A stretch of DNA of 64,000 bases from Alphaproteobacteria bacterium (lineage in GTDB: Bacteria; Pseudomonadota; Alphaproteobacteria; UBA828): contig CBDEFM010000001.1 of the NCBI GenBank assembly GCA_965237415.1, positions 384,001 through 448,000 of the forward strand, in the 5' to 3' direction. Positions within the stretch are counted from its first letter, which is position 1. Each line of letters opens with the position of its first letter. Of this stretch, positions 37,126 to 46,974 are shown piece after piece. Position numbers and translations under genes: made by a program. The notes under the pieces were generated by a model. The model saw nothing but the letters and a program-made list of their open reading frames with translations, was not told where the DNA came from and did no database searches.

Positions 37126-38588
37126 GGCTCGCGGGGGGCTTCGTTGCTGGCCATCAGGCCCTCCAGGATGCGCTCGGCGCCGGCCCAGTCGTAGCACCTG
37201 AAGCAGTGCGCGGTGGTGACGAACTTGGCCCCCGCGTAGAACATCTCGTACTGGGTGTGGCGGCCGGCGAATTCGGAGCCCACGGCGTCCCAGGCGAGCT
37301 TCATCAGCGCCATCCGTTCGGAAGCGCCCTCGCCCGGCCGCGCGGAGACCTGGGTGCGCTCGATCAGGGGCGCGATCGCGGGGTTGTCGAGGTCCGCAAC
37401 CGATGACGGCAGCATGATCAGGCCACCGCCTGCGAGTGAGCGTATCCGGTCGATAATGCGCGGATAGAGGGCCTGGGTCTGGACCTGGGCGGCGTACATC
37501 ATGCTCGCATTCGGCACGTAGTAATCGCCGATCATGCCGCCCGCGCTCTCCATGCCATAGAGCAGCCCCTCGACGGTCCCGACCTCGGAGGCCATCTCGC
37601 CAAGCTGCTCGCGCACAGATGCCATCGCTACCGTGCCGATGGTCTCGGCGATGCGGCGCGCCACAGCCAGCAGGAATTTCAGCTTCACCACCAGGCGGAT
37701 TTGCGACTGGTAGTTCTGGAGGACGTGGCCCGGCGTGTCGTGGAACTGCGCCCGGCACATGTCGGTGTCGCCGAGCAGGAAGATCCGCTCCCACGGCACC
37801 TTCACGTCGTCGAAATAGACGACGGAGTCGTTCTCGTCGAAGCGGTGGGAGAGCGGATTGTCCCACGGGCTCGTGGCGCTCGCCTCGTAGCTCTTGCGCG
37901 AGAGCACCTTGAGGCCGCGCGCATCGAGCGGGAGCGCGAAGGAGATGGCGAAACGCTCCTCGCCCGGCTTCAGCGGCTGAAGGCTTGCGACCAGGATCTC
38001 CTCCGCCATGACCGAGCCGGTGCCGAGCATCTTCGCCCCGCGCACGGTCACGCCGTCTGTGTCCTCGTCGACGACACGCATGGTCATCTCTTCGCTCGCC
38101 TGCTCGCCCCAGTCCTTGGAGCGGTCGCCCTGCGGGTTGATGATGACGTAGGTGAGATAGAGGTCGTTATCGCGCGCGTAGGCGTAGTAGTCGCGGAGCG
38201 CAGTGGCGAAGCGCGCGCCGTGACGCTCGAAGACCTCGATCCCCATCGCCTGCCCGGTGATCGAAGAGGCCAGGTGATCCGGCGAGCGCCCCAGGAACCC
38301 GCCATGAAGCTCGGCCCAGGCGGTCAGCGCTTCGCGCCGCGCGACCAGCTCGGCGTAACTCCGCGGCATCTGCCAGGCGCGGTTCACGCGCCGCCCGGTC
38401 CCGGTCTCGAAGGTCATCCGCTCGACGTTCGCCTCGGCCGCCTGAAAGTCGTAGAGAGCGGCTGCCGAACGGCAGGCGGCGGCGAAGGCCGGGTGGTCGG
38501 CCACCCGCGTAATCAACGCGCCATCGAGGTAGACCTCCCGGTCCTTGTCGAGGGCACGCAGGTGGGCGGCGCCGTCCTTGACGCTCAT
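37122..38588 (-). CDS. 4-hydroxyphenylacetate 3-hydroxylase (HpaB)-family flavin monooxygenase, oxygenase component
   Basis: DREVYLDG..I..VA.HPAF, GRSPDH, INPQGDRS, VRGAK.LGT, PLSHRFDEND..V.FDDV.VPWERIF, GSEFAGRH.QYEMFYAG. Confidence 0.88.
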   Translation of the reverse strand: MSVKDGAAHLRALDKDREVYLDGALITRVADHPAFAAACRSAAALYDFQAAEANVERMTFETGTGRRVNRAWQMPRSYAELVARREALTAWAELHGGFLGRSPDHLASSITGQAMGIEVFERHGARFATALRDYYAYARDNDLYLTYVIINPQGDRSKDWGEQASEEMTMRVVDEDTDGVTVRGAKMLGTGSVMAEEILVASLQPLKPGEERFAISFALPLDARGLKVLSRKSYEASATSPWDNPLSHRFDENDSVVYFDDVKVPWERIFLLGDTDMCRAQFHDTPGHVLQNYQSQIRLVVKLKFLLAVARRIAETIGTVAMASVREQLGEMASEVGTVEGLLYGMESAGGMIGDYYVPNASMMYAAQVQTQALYPRIIDRIRSLAGGGLIMLPSSVADLDNPAIAPLIERTQVSARPGEGASERMALMKLAWDAVGSEFAGRHTQYEMFYAGAKFVTTAHCFRCYDWAGAERILEGLMASNEAPREP

Positions 38589-38595
38589 CGGGCGA

Positions 38596-39939
38596 TCATA
38601 GCGTGTTTCCCAGGCCGAGATTCTCCCTGAGCGTCGGCCCGGCATAGTCCTCGTGGTAGAGGCCGCGGCGCTGCAGCTCGGGTACCACGAGGCGCGCGAA
38701 ATCCTCGTAGGCGCCCGGCATGTGGGTCGCGGCCAGCACGAATCCGTCGCAGGCCTCGCCCTCGAACCATTCCGCCATCTCATCGGCGACGGCGGCGGGT
38801 GTGCCGACGAAATGCGGCATCTCGTTGACCGTGCCGCGCCGGCTGTAGGTCACGAAATCCTCGACCGTCGGATGCGGATTGCCGCTGAGCGTCACGACGC
38901 GGTCGCGGATCGCCTGCAGGCCGCTGATGGAGGCCATCTCCTCGTCCGTGAAGGGCTCGCCCGCAGGTTTCGTCGCGAAATCGTAGTTGAGCGCCTCGGA
39001 GAGCAGCGCCAGCGTATCGATGGGGCGCGCGAGGCCCGCGATGAAGGCAGCCTTCTCCTCCGCCTCCGCCTGGGCTTCGGCGACCGTGACGTAGGCCGCC
39101 GGCGCCACTCGGTAGGAGCCCGGCTCGCGGCCGGCGGCAATCGCGGCATCGCGCGTCGCCGCATACGCCTCACGGCCGAACTCCAGGGTGGGATAGATCG
39201 CGAAGATCACGTCGGCCCAGCGCGCCGCGAACTGCCGCCCCCGCCCGCTCTGGCCGGCCTGGATCACGATGGGCCGGCCCTGGGGCGTGCGCGGCACCGT
39301 GAACGGCCCCCGCGAGCGCAGGAAGCGGCCCTCATGGTCGAGCCGATGCACGCCTGCCGGGTCGGCGAAGACGCCGCGCTCCTTGTCGAGGACGATCGCG
39401 TCTGGGTCCCACGCCTCCCAGTGGCCTAGCACCACCTCCATGAACTCGTCGGCACGGTCGTAGCGCTCGTTATGCTCGATCACCTTGTCCGCGCCGTAGT
39501 TCGCTGCCTCGGAATCGTTGAGCGAGGTCACCACGTTCCAGGCCGCCCGGCCGCCGCTCATGTGATCGAGGGTCGAGAACATGCGCGCCACATGGAACGG
39601 CTGGTAATAGGTGGTCGAGCAGGTCGCGCCGAGCCCGAGCCGCGTGGTCACCGCCCCCATCATCGTGAGGATGGGAATGGGGTCCATCTTGACCACCCGC
39701 ACTCCGTTGCGCACCGCTTCGGCATGGTCGCCGCCGTAGATATCCGGCAGCGCCAGCCGGTCGTCGAAGAAGGCGAGATGGAACTTGCCGGCTTCTAGAA
39801 TGTGCGCGATCCGCTGGTAGTAGTCGGCGGTGAGGAAGTCCGTGGCCGAGTCCGGGTGACGCCAGGACGCGGGGTAGTTGGAGCAGTTCTGCGCCTGGAG
39901 GAAGCCCACCAGGATCATCTGCCGCTTGCTCATGCTCAC
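38596..39939 (-). CDS. NtaA/DszA-family LLM flavin-dependent monooxygenase
   Basis: WRHP, EAGKFH.AF.DD, STTYY.PF.VAR.F.TLDH.SGGRAAWNVVTS, RYDRADEF, PQGRP...QAGQS, VPELQRRG. Confidence 0.9.
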   Translation of the reverse strand: MSMSKRQMILVGFLQAQNCSNYPASWRHPDSATDFLTADYYQRIAHILEAGKFHLAFFDDRLALPDIYGGDHAEAVRNGVRVVKMDPIPILTMMGAVTTRLGLGATCSTTYYQPFHVARMFSTLDHMSGGRAAWNVVTSLNDSEAANYGADKVIEHNERYDRADEFMEVVLGHWEAWDPDAIVLDKERGVFADPAGVHRLDHEGRFLRSRGPFTVPRTPQGRPIVIQAGQSGRGRQFAARWADVIFAIYPTLEFGREAYAATRDAAIAAGREPGSYRVAPAAYVTVAEAQAEAEEKAAFIAGLARPIDTLALLSEALNYDFATKPAGEPFTDEEMASISGLQAIRDRVVTLSGNPHPTVEDFVTYSRRGTVNEMPHFVGTPAAVADEMAEWFEGEACDGFVLAATHMPGAYEDFARLVVPELQRRGLYHEDYAGPTLRENLGLGNTL

Positions 39940-40104
39940 CCTTGCTCGTCGTCACCCACCGGGACCGGGAGGCGGTGCCGGGCGCCGCTGGAACCGGGGT
40001 TTAGCACGGTGTGCGCGCCTTTGGCAGGCGCGTGGCGGGCTGAGCACGACTGTGCCATCCTGCCGGCGTGGCCGGAAGCGACTATCGCCGCGCATGGAGG
40101 CGTC

Positions 40105-41124
40105 ATGGAGCTTGGGATCTGCCTCAAGGGCGACCTCGACGTGCGCCGCACCATCGCGCTCGCCCATCAGGCCGAAGCCGCCGGCTTCGACTACATGTGG
40201 TTCGCAGATTCGCACATTCTGTGGTCCGACATCTATACGCAGATGGCGGTCTGCCTGGACCACACGCGCCGCCTCCGCGTCGGCCCGCTGGTGACCAATC
40301 CCAAGGTGCGCGACTGGTCGGTGGCCGCGAGCATCTTCGCGAGGCTCGTGCAGATCGGGGACGGCCGCCTCGACGTGGCGGTCGGCCGCGGCGACAGCTC
40401 GGTGCGCGTCATGGGGCAGAGGCCCGCGACGCTCAAGCAGCTCACCGCCTTTTGCGATGCGCTCCGCACCATGCTGCGGGGCGATGCGTGCGAATACGAA
40501 GGCGCAAGCGGGTCGGTCCAACTCGACTGGGTCGATCCTTACGCGCTGCCGATCTGGATCGCCGGATACGGGCCGCGCGCGCTCGCCGTCGCTGGCGCGC
40601 ACGGGGACGGCCTGGTGATCCAGCTCGGCGATCCGGGCCTCTGCCGTTGGATGGCGGACCAGGCGATCGCGGCGCGCGAGGCCGCCGGCCTCGATGCGGC
40701 CGGATACCGGGTGGTCGCCTGCGCGCCGGCCTGGATCGGCGACCGTGAGACCGCGATTGCCCAAACCAGCTGGTTCCCCGCCGTGGTCGGCAACCATGTC
40801 GCCGATATCGTGGAACGCCACGGCGCCGGCTCGGGCCTGGTGCCGGAGAGCCTGACCGCGTTCATCGCCGCCCGGCAGGGGCGCGGCGCGGACGAAGGCT
40901 ACGACTATCACCAGCACGCGGTCGCAGGCTCCGACAACGTGCACTACGTCACCGACGCGATCACCGAATCCTTCTGTCTGATCGGCCCGGCCGAGGCCCA
41001 CGTGGAAAAGCTCAAGGCGCTGGAGGCCGCCGGCGTCACGCAGTTCACGCTCTACCTGATGACGGAAGAGCAGGAGCGACTGATCGGCGCGTACGCCACC
41101 GACGTCATGCCCCACGTCCGTTAG
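40105..41124 (+). CDS. LLM-class oxidoreductase (TIGR03842-like, predicted flavin/F420-dependent)
   Basis: GGAGG RBS; AE.AGFDY.W..DSHILW, VTNP..RDWSV.AS, GRGDSS.RV.G, FPAVVGNHVADIV, YDY..H. Confidence 0.8.
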   Translation: MELGICLKGDLDVRRTIALAHQAEAAGFDYMWFADSHILWSDIYTQMAVCLDHTRRLRVGPLVTNPKVRDWSVAASIFARLVQIGDGRLDVAVGRGDSSVRVMGQRPATLKQLTAFCDALRTMLRGDACEYEGASGSVQLDWVDPYALPIWIAGYGPRALAVAGAHGDGLVIQLGDPGLCRWMADQAIAAREAAGLDAAGYRVVACAPAWIGDRETAIAQTSWFPAVVGNHVADIVERHGAGSGLVPESLTAFIAARQGRGADEGYDYHQHAVAGSDNVHYVTDAITESFCLIGPAEAHVEKLKALEAAGVTQFTLYLMTEEQERLIGAYATDVMPHVR

Positions 41125-41148
41125 CCAGGGGCGGGGCGCGCGCGCAGG

Positions 41149-41823
41149 ATGCTCCGCCACCTGTTCGGCGCGAGCGCGACCGCAGAGACGATGCTCGACG
41201 CGATCGCGCGCGATGCGCGGGAGACTGGCGCGCGGACCGGACGGCCGGTCTTCGGCGACGCTGTCCTCGACGCCATGCGCACGGTGCCGCGCGAGGCCTT
41301 CGTGCCCGAGGCGGAGGCGGCCTTCGCCTACGAGAACAGGCCGCTCCCCATCGGCCACGGCCAGACCATCTCGCAGCCCTTCATTGTCGCCCTGATGACC
41401 GAGCTCCTGGACGTCGAGCCGGGCGCGCGCATCCTGGAAATCGGCACCGGCTGCGGCTACCAGACCGCCATCCTCTGTGAGTTGGGCGCGAGGGTCTGCT
41501 CGGTGGAGGTCGTCGAGCCGCTGGCAACGGCGGCAGCGGCCCGTCTCGCAAAGCTGGGCTATGCGCAGGCCACAGTACGCAGCGGCGACGGTCACGGAGG
41601 CTGGCCGGAGGAGGCCCCCTTCGACGGCATCATCGTCGCCGCGGCGGCGCCTTCCGTGCCGCCGGCGCTGGTGGCGCAGCTAAAGCCCGGCGGTTGCCTG
41701 GTGATCCCCGTCGGCCGCTTCGCCACGACCCAGAGCCTGCAACGCATCCGCAAGCAGGACGACGGCTCAAGCAAAGCGCAGACGGTGCTTCCGGTGGCGT
41801 TCGTCCCGCTGACGCGCGGTTAG
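41149..41823 (+). CDS. pcm: Protein-L-isoaspartate O-methyltransferase (second paralogue)
   Basis: VPREAFVP, PLPIGHGQTISQP, ILEIGTGCGYQ, GDG..GWPEEAPFDGI, VAFVPL. Confidence 0.9.
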   Translation: MLRHLFGASATAETMLDAIARDARETGARTGRPVFGDAVLDAMRTVPREAFVPEAEAAFAYENRPLPIGHGQTISQPFIVALMTELLDVEPGARILEIGTGCGYQTAILCELGARVCSVEVVEPLATAAAARLAKLGYAQATVRSGDGHGGWPEEAPFDGIIVAAAAPSVPPALVAQLKPGGCLVIPVGRFATTQSLQRIRKQDDGSSKAQTVLPVAFVPLTRG

Positions 41824-42506
41824 TTCTCTTCGAAAGGCTCCAGCTCGGCCAGATAGGCCAGCACACGATCGAGCGGCTCGACGTCGCAATACTTCATGTC
41901 GAGGTCGAACAGGTTCCACTCGATCGCGGCAGGCACGCGGTCGCCCACGCATTCGCGAACGATGACGGTGCGGAAGCCCTCGCCGAGCGCATCCTCCACC
42001 GTGTGCCTGACGCAGCTCGCCATGGTGACGCCGGTGCAGATCAGCGTGTCGATGCCACCGGCGCGCAGGATGCCGCCGAGATGAGTGCCGGCGAAGGCGC
42101 TCGGCCGCTTCTTGACGATCAGCGTATCGACGCCTTCCTCGAGCGGCACGCGGTCGTCGATCTCGGTCGCGTCCGTGCCCAGCATGAGGTCCTCGAAGGG
42201 CTTCTTGAGCGGGAAGGCCCCCATGTCGAAGCGGCTGCAGAAGGCGGTTGTGGTGTAGATGATGGGCACCTTCTTCGCACGGGCGGCTCTGAGCAGGCGC
42301 TGCACGCCGGGGATGATCCGCTCGTCCATATCCTCGCAGGAGAAGCGGTAGCCCGGTCGGGTCCAGGCGTTGGCGAGGTCGATGTTGAGGAGCGCCGGCC
42401 TCGTGCCGAAGCCCGAGCGCTGGTTCCAGCCGCGCGTCCGATAGAGCCCGGCATCGCCGGAGAATATGGTGTCGAGCGCCTTGCGGACCTTGTCGTCCAG
42501 CGGCAT
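41820..42506 (-). CDS. Isochorismatase-family amidase (maleamate / N-carbamoylsarcosine amidase-like)
   Basis: Asp-Lys-Cys triad in IDLANAW, KKRPSAF.GT, GVTMASCVRHT; GGGAGG RBS. Confidence 0.85.
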   Translation of the reverse strand: MPLDDKVRKALDTIFSGDAGLYRTRGWNQRSGFGTRPALLNIDLANAWTRPGYRFSCEDMDERIIPGVQRLLRAARAKKVPIIYTTTAFCSRFDMGAFPLKKPFEDLMLGTDATEIDDRVPLEEGVDTLIVKKRPSAFAGTHLGGILRAGGIDTLICTGVTMASCVRHTVEDALGEGFRTVIVRECVGDRVPAAIEWNLFDLDMKYCDVEPLDRVLAYLAELEPFEEN

Positions 42507-42552
42507 CGCCGCCTCCCTCATTGTGCGCCCTGCGGCGGGCCGGCGGAGCGGG

Positions 42553-43947
42553 TCAGGCGAGAGGCGGTCGCCGGTCTGCCCAAGGCGCCGCCTCCTCGAA
42601 CGCCGCGGCGGCGCGCAGAATGTCCACCTCACTGTTGATGCCGGCCACCATCTGCAGGCCGACCGGGAGACCTGATGCGGTGAAGCCCGCCGGGATCGAA
42701 GCCGCCGGCTGGCCGGTCAGGTTGAACGGATAGGTGTAGTAGACCCAGGAGACGATGTTGCGGGCTCCCAGCCCCGGCGGCGTGTCGTGGCCCACGTCGA
42801 AGGCGGCGCAAGGCAACGTCGGCGAGAGCAGCAGGTCGTAGCGCTCGAAGAACTGACGCATCTTCTCGCGGAAGTCGTAGCGGGCGAAGACCTGGGTGAA
42901 GAATTCCACCGTGGAGCGGTCGAGCCCGGCGCTGAGCGTCGCCACCACGGCGGAGTCGAGCTCATCCGGCCGCTCGGCCATCAGGTCCTTCAGCTTGGTG
43001 CCGATGCCGCCGTAGAACTCCGCCATCCAGATCTCGACCGGGTCCGTGCCGAGCGCATCCTCGACCAGCTCGACGGTGCAGCCCAGCGCCTCGAAGCGCT
43101 TGGCGGCAGCCTCGCAGAGGGCCGATACCTCGGGCTCGGGCTGTGCGTAGCCCAAGGTCGGGCTCCAGGCGATGCGCAAGCCCTCCACGCCCGCATCGCA
43201 GGCGGCGAGGAAATCCGGCGTGAGCTCGGCGACACCGAAGGCATCGCGGCGGTCGTGGCCTGCCATGACTCCGAGCAGGAGCGCGGCATCCCGCACCGTG
43301 CGCGCGATCGCGCCCACATGGGCGAGCGTCGGCGCCGCCGAGACCGGGAAGATCGGCACCCGGCCGAACTGCGCCTTGATGCCGAAGAGGCCGCAGAGCG
43401 CAGAGGGGATGCGCACGGAGCCGCCGCCGTCGGTGCAGAGCGCGAACGGCGTGAGCCCAGCGGCGACGCTCGCACCCGCGCCCCCGCTGGAGCCGCCGGA
43501 CGTCTTCGTCAGGTCCCACGGGTTGCGGGTGATCCCGGTGAGCGGGCTGTCGCAAACCGCCTTGCAGCCGAACTCGCTGGTGGTCGACTTGCCGATGATG
43601 CAGCCGCCAGCCGCTCTGACCCGCTCCACCGAGGGCGCGTCGAAGTCGACCACGTTGTTCGCGAAGGGCCGGGAGCCGAAGGTCCAGGGCACGCCCGCCA
43701 TCGCCACCAGGTCCTTGACCGAGACAGGCAAGCCCGCAATCGCACCCCCCCCGCCCGCCGCGATCGCGCGTTCCTGATCGCGCGCTGCGGCCAGCGCCAC
43801 CTCCGGCGTGCGGTTGACGAAGGCGTTGATCTGGGGCTCCAGCGCCTCTTGCCGGCTGAGCGTGTCCTCGACCAGTTCCACCGGCGAGATGCTGCGCGCC
43901 GCCAGCAGGCCCTTGAGTTCGAGCGCCGTCATGTAGGCGAAGCTCAT
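42553..43947 (-). CDS. Amidase signature family protein
   Basis: GLPVSVKDL, GKSTTSEFG, TRNPWDL..TSGGSSGG, TDGGGSVRIP, FNLTGQPA. Confidence 0.92.
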   Translation of the reverse strand: MSFAYMTALELKGLLAARSISPVELVEDTLSRQEALEPQINAFVNRTPEVALAAARDQERAIAAGGGGAIAGLPVSVKDLVAMAGVPWTFGSRPFANNVVDFDAPSVERVRAAGGCIIGKSTTSEFGCKAVCDSPLTGITRNPWDLTKTSGGSSGGAGASVAAGLTPFALCTDGGGSVRIPSALCGLFGIKAQFGRVPIFPVSAAPTLAHVGAIARTVRDAALLLGVMAGHDRRDAFGVAELTPDFLAACDAGVEGLRIAWSPTLGYAQPEPEVSALCEAAAKRFEALGCTVELVEDALGTDPVEIWMAEFYGGIGTKLKDLMAERPDELDSAVVATLSAGLDRSTVEFFTQVFARYDFREKMRQFFERYDLLLSPTLPCAAFDVGHDTPPGLGARNIVSWVYYTYPFNLTGQPAASIPAGFTASGLPVGLQMVAGINSEVDILRAAAAFEEAAPWADRRPPLA

Positions 43948-43972
43948 CGCGGACTCCTGTTCGGATGGATGT

Positions 43973-45046
43973 TCAGATGGCGCCGAGGCCGCGGTCGAGC
44001 ACGGTTTCCCGCCTGGCTACGCAGGCCGCGAAGCGCGCCTGCATCGCAGCCGCATCGAGATCGCGGCCGATCACAACGATCCGGGTCTCGACTTCGCCGC
44101 GCGGCCACGATTCCGCATAGGTCGGCGGGCTGAAGGTGGCCTGCACGCCCTGGATGATGACCGGCTTCTCGACATTCTGGAAATGCACCAGGCCCTTCAC
44201 GCGGAAGAGGTCCTCGCCCTTCTCCTGCGCCAGCTCCAGGAAGAAGCGGAGCAGCGCGTTCCACTCCAGCGGCTCGCGGCTCTGCAGGCAGACGGCGCCG
44301 ACGCCCGGCGTATGGACATGATCGTCGTGGGCATGGTCGGTGAGGGCCGGCTGATCGGCGCCGATCCAGGCACCCACCATGTCGTCGCGCCGCTTGGGCT
44401 CGAAGAGGTCGAGGTCCAACAGGCGGTCGATGGGGAGCGCGCCATGCGTGGTGACTTCCTTGACCGAGAAGGGGCTGAGGCGCTCGACCGCCGCCACGGC
44501 GTCTGCGAACTCGTCGTCGTCCACCAGGTCGCGCTTGTTGAAGATCAACTTGTCGGCGATCGCGATCTGCTTCTCCGCCTCCGGCGAGCGCGCAATCTGG
44601 CCAATCACATGTTTCAGGTCGACCACCGTCAGCACCGCGTCGAGGCGGAAGGTGAGATCGAGCTTCATGTCGGTGTAGAAGAGCCGGGCCAGCGGCGAGG
44701 GATCGGCGATTCCCGTGGTCTCGATCACGATCTTGTCGAAGTCCACCCGGGGCTCGGCCAGGCCCACCTTGCGCAGGAAGAGCCGGTTGAGCCCGTCCAT
44801 CAAATCGCCCTGGGCCGCACAGCAGATGCAGCCGTTGGTGAGCTCCAGCATGTCCTCGTTGGCGCGGGCGATCAGGTCGCCGTCGATCCCGATCTCGCCG
44901 AACTCGTTGACGATAACCGCGATCTTGCCGGCATCGGGCGCGCTGAGGAGCCGGTTGACGAGCGTGGTCTTGCCGGCGCCGAGGAAACCCGTCAGCAGCG
45001 TGATGGGGATGCGCTCGTCGACCGAGCGATTGTCGATGCGGGTCAT
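43973..45046 (-). CDS. CobW/COG0523 G3E GTPase metallochaperone
   Basis: TGFLGAGKTT, NEFGE.GIDG, ELTNGCICC, ETTGIADP, NKRD, short His stretch HAHDDHVH. Confidence 0.92.
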   Translation of the reverse strand: MTRIDNRSVDERIPITLLTGFLGAGKTTLVNRLLSAPDAGKIAVIVNEFGEIGIDGDLIARANEDMLELTNGCICCAAQGDLMDGLNRLFLRKVGLAEPRVDFDKIVIETTGIADPSPLARLFYTDMKLDLTFRLDAVLTVVDLKHVIGQIARSPEAEKQIAIADKLIFNKRDLVDDDEFADAVAAVERLSPFSVKEVTTHGALPIDRLLDLDLFEPKRRDDMVGAWIGADQPALTDHAHDDHVHTPGVGAVCLQSREPLEWNALLRFFLELAQEKGEDLFRVKGLVHFQNVEKPVIIQGVQATFSPPTYAESWPRGEVETRIVVIGRDLDAAAMQARFAACVARRETVLDRGLGAI

Positions 45047-45078
45047 CGGCGCCTCACCCGGAGCCAAGCGCCGGAGGG

Positions 45079-45783
45079 CTAATCGTCGAGGATCGCCCAG
45101 GCGCGGACCGGCGCGCCGCTGCCGTTGCCGATTTTGATCGGGGGCCCATAGAACATGAACTCGCCCTTGCCGACCAGCTCCTCGAGATTGATCAGCCATT
45201 CATAGTGGGCGATGCCTCGATCGCGGCAGACCCGGTGGTTGGGGAAGAGATTGTTCGACGGCTTGTCCGTTGACGGGCCTTCGACCCCATGCATCTTGGA
45301 GCCCCTGTCGGCGAGCCAATGGGTCGCTGCTGCGGTGATGCCGGGGTTGCTCCACACCGATTTCACGTCGGGGTAGTGGCGGTTGTGGAGGCCTGTATTG
45401 AGCAGCACGATATGGCCGTCCACCTTGACGCCACCTTTCTCCTCCCCCTCCTCGAAATCGGCCACGTCGATATCGCCGAGATCGGGGATGTGGGTGAGAT
45501 CCCAGCACACCGCCTTGCCCATGAACATGTCGAGCGGCATCCGGTCCACCGACAGGCCCTCGGGATTAACATGGTAGAAGGCGTCCACATGGGTGCCGAT
45601 GTGGTCGATCATGCCCATGTAGGTGGTCGCGAAGGAGAGCCTGTCGTCCTCCGTGCCTAAGAAGAACTGCTCGCGGGTCTGGGCGTGGGTGTAGTGGGGC
45701 ACGATGACCGGGCGCTGAAACAGCTTGTGCGCCGGCATGTTGTCGGTCAGCGTCAACGTCAGGTCCACCATCCGCTCAGCCAT
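45079..45783 (-). CDS. Cyclase-family metal-dependent hydrolase (kynurenine formamidase-like)
   Basis: VDLT, HIGTHVDA..H, LLNTG, PG, E.L.NL..L, GSGAPVRA. Confidence 0.88.
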   Translation of the reverse strand: MAERMVDLTLTLTDNMPAHKLFQRPVIVPHYTHAQTREQFFLGTEDDRLSFATTYMGMIDHIGTHVDAFYHVNPEGLSVDRMPLDMFMGKAVCWDLTHIPDLGDIDVADFEEGEEKGGVKVDGHIVLLNTGLHNRHYPDVKSVWSNPGITAAATHWLADRGSKMHGVEGPSTDKPSNNLFPNHRVCRDRGIAHYEWLINLEELVGKGEFMFYGPPIKIGNGSGAPVRAWAILDD

Positions 45784-45965
45784 CCCCGGATCTCCCTTCT
45801 CGTTCCACACGGCGACCACGCGCGCGGCCTGCAGCTTACCAGCGGCATCCACAGCGCGCCACAGCGCGACTGTCAACACGGCATTTCGGCGCACGCGCAT
45901 CGCGGCTTGTGTTTGGCGAGAGGCTAGCTACCCTCGCCCTCGGTCGCCGCCGAAGGGAGCACGTG

Positions 45966-46964
45966 ATGTACAGAACCAGCGACGGGGAGGAGTTGTTTGT
46001 CGTCGACGGGCACACCCATTTCTGGGATGCCGCGCCGGCAAACCAGCGCAATATCCACGGCAAGCAGTTCATCGATTGCTTCTACGCCTACCACAGCGCG
46101 CTCAGCCCCGAGCAGGAAGTCTGGCCCAAGGAGAAGTTCGAGAAGTACGACGCGGAGACGATGGTCCGCGACCTCTTCGTCGACGGGCCGGTGGACATGG
46201 CGATCATCCAGCCGACCTATCTCAAGGAGTTCTACATCGAGGGCTTCAACACCACGGAGCAGAACGCCGTCATCACCCGGCAGCACCCGGACCGCTTCAT
46301 CCTCAACGGCTCGTTCGATCCGCGCGAGGGTACCGCGGCGCTGGAGAACATCCACGCGCTGAAGGAGACGTATGGAATCAGGGGCGTTAAGCTCTACACC
46401 GCGGAATGGCGCGGCGCATCGCGCGGCTGGCGGCTCAACGACACCGATGCCTATCGCTGCTTCGAGCTCTGCGAGAAGCTCGGCATCACCAACATACACG
46501 TCCACAAGGGGCCGACCATCACGCCGCTGGCCAAGGACGCCTTCGACTGCCACGACGTGGATTATGCGGCGACCGACTTCCCCAACCTCAATTTCATCGT
46601 GGAGCATGTCGGGCTGCCGCGCCTCGACGACTTCTGCTGGATTGCCGTGCAGGAGGCGAACGTCTGGGGCGGGCTTGCGGTGGTGATGCCCTTCATGCAC
46701 GCGCGCCCGCGCTATTTCGCCGAGGTGATTGCGGAGCTTCTGTTCTGGGTGGGCGAGGACAAGCTGACCTTCGCGAGCGACTACGCCATCTGGACCCCGA
46801 AGTGGCTGGTGGAGAAGTTCTGGGCCTTCGAGCTGCCGGACGACATCAAGCAGGAGCGCGGCGTCGACCTCACGCCGGAGGTCAAGAAGAAGATTCTCGG
46901 GCTCAACGCCGCCCGGCTCTACGACATCGATATCGACGCGGCCAAGGCAAAGCTTTGGAGCTAG
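45966..46964 (+). CDS. Amidohydrolase-2 family protein (type found in propane/acetone monooxygenase clusters)
   Basis: VDGHTHFWDA, FIDCFY.YH, GVKLYTAEW.G.SRGW, HVHKGPT, VEHVGLPRL, SDYAIW.P; AAGGGAG RBS. Confidence 0.82.
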   Translation: MYRTSDGEELFVVDGHTHFWDAAPANQRNIHGKQFIDCFYAYHSALSPEQEVWPKEKFEKYDAETMVRDLFVDGPVDMAIIQPTYLKEFYIEGFNTTEQNAVITRQHPDRFILNGSFDPREGTAALENIHALKETYGIRGVKLYTAEWRGASRGWRLNDTDAYRCFELCEKLGITNIHVHKGPTITPLAKDAFDCHDVDYAATDFPNLNFIVEHVGLPRLDDFCWIAVQEANVWGGLAVVMPFMHARPRYFAEVIAELLFWVGEDKLTFASDYAIWTPKWLVEKFWAFELPDDIKQERGVDLTPEVKKKILGLNAARLYDIDIDAAKAKLWS

Positions 46965-46974
46965 GGCGCGGGCG

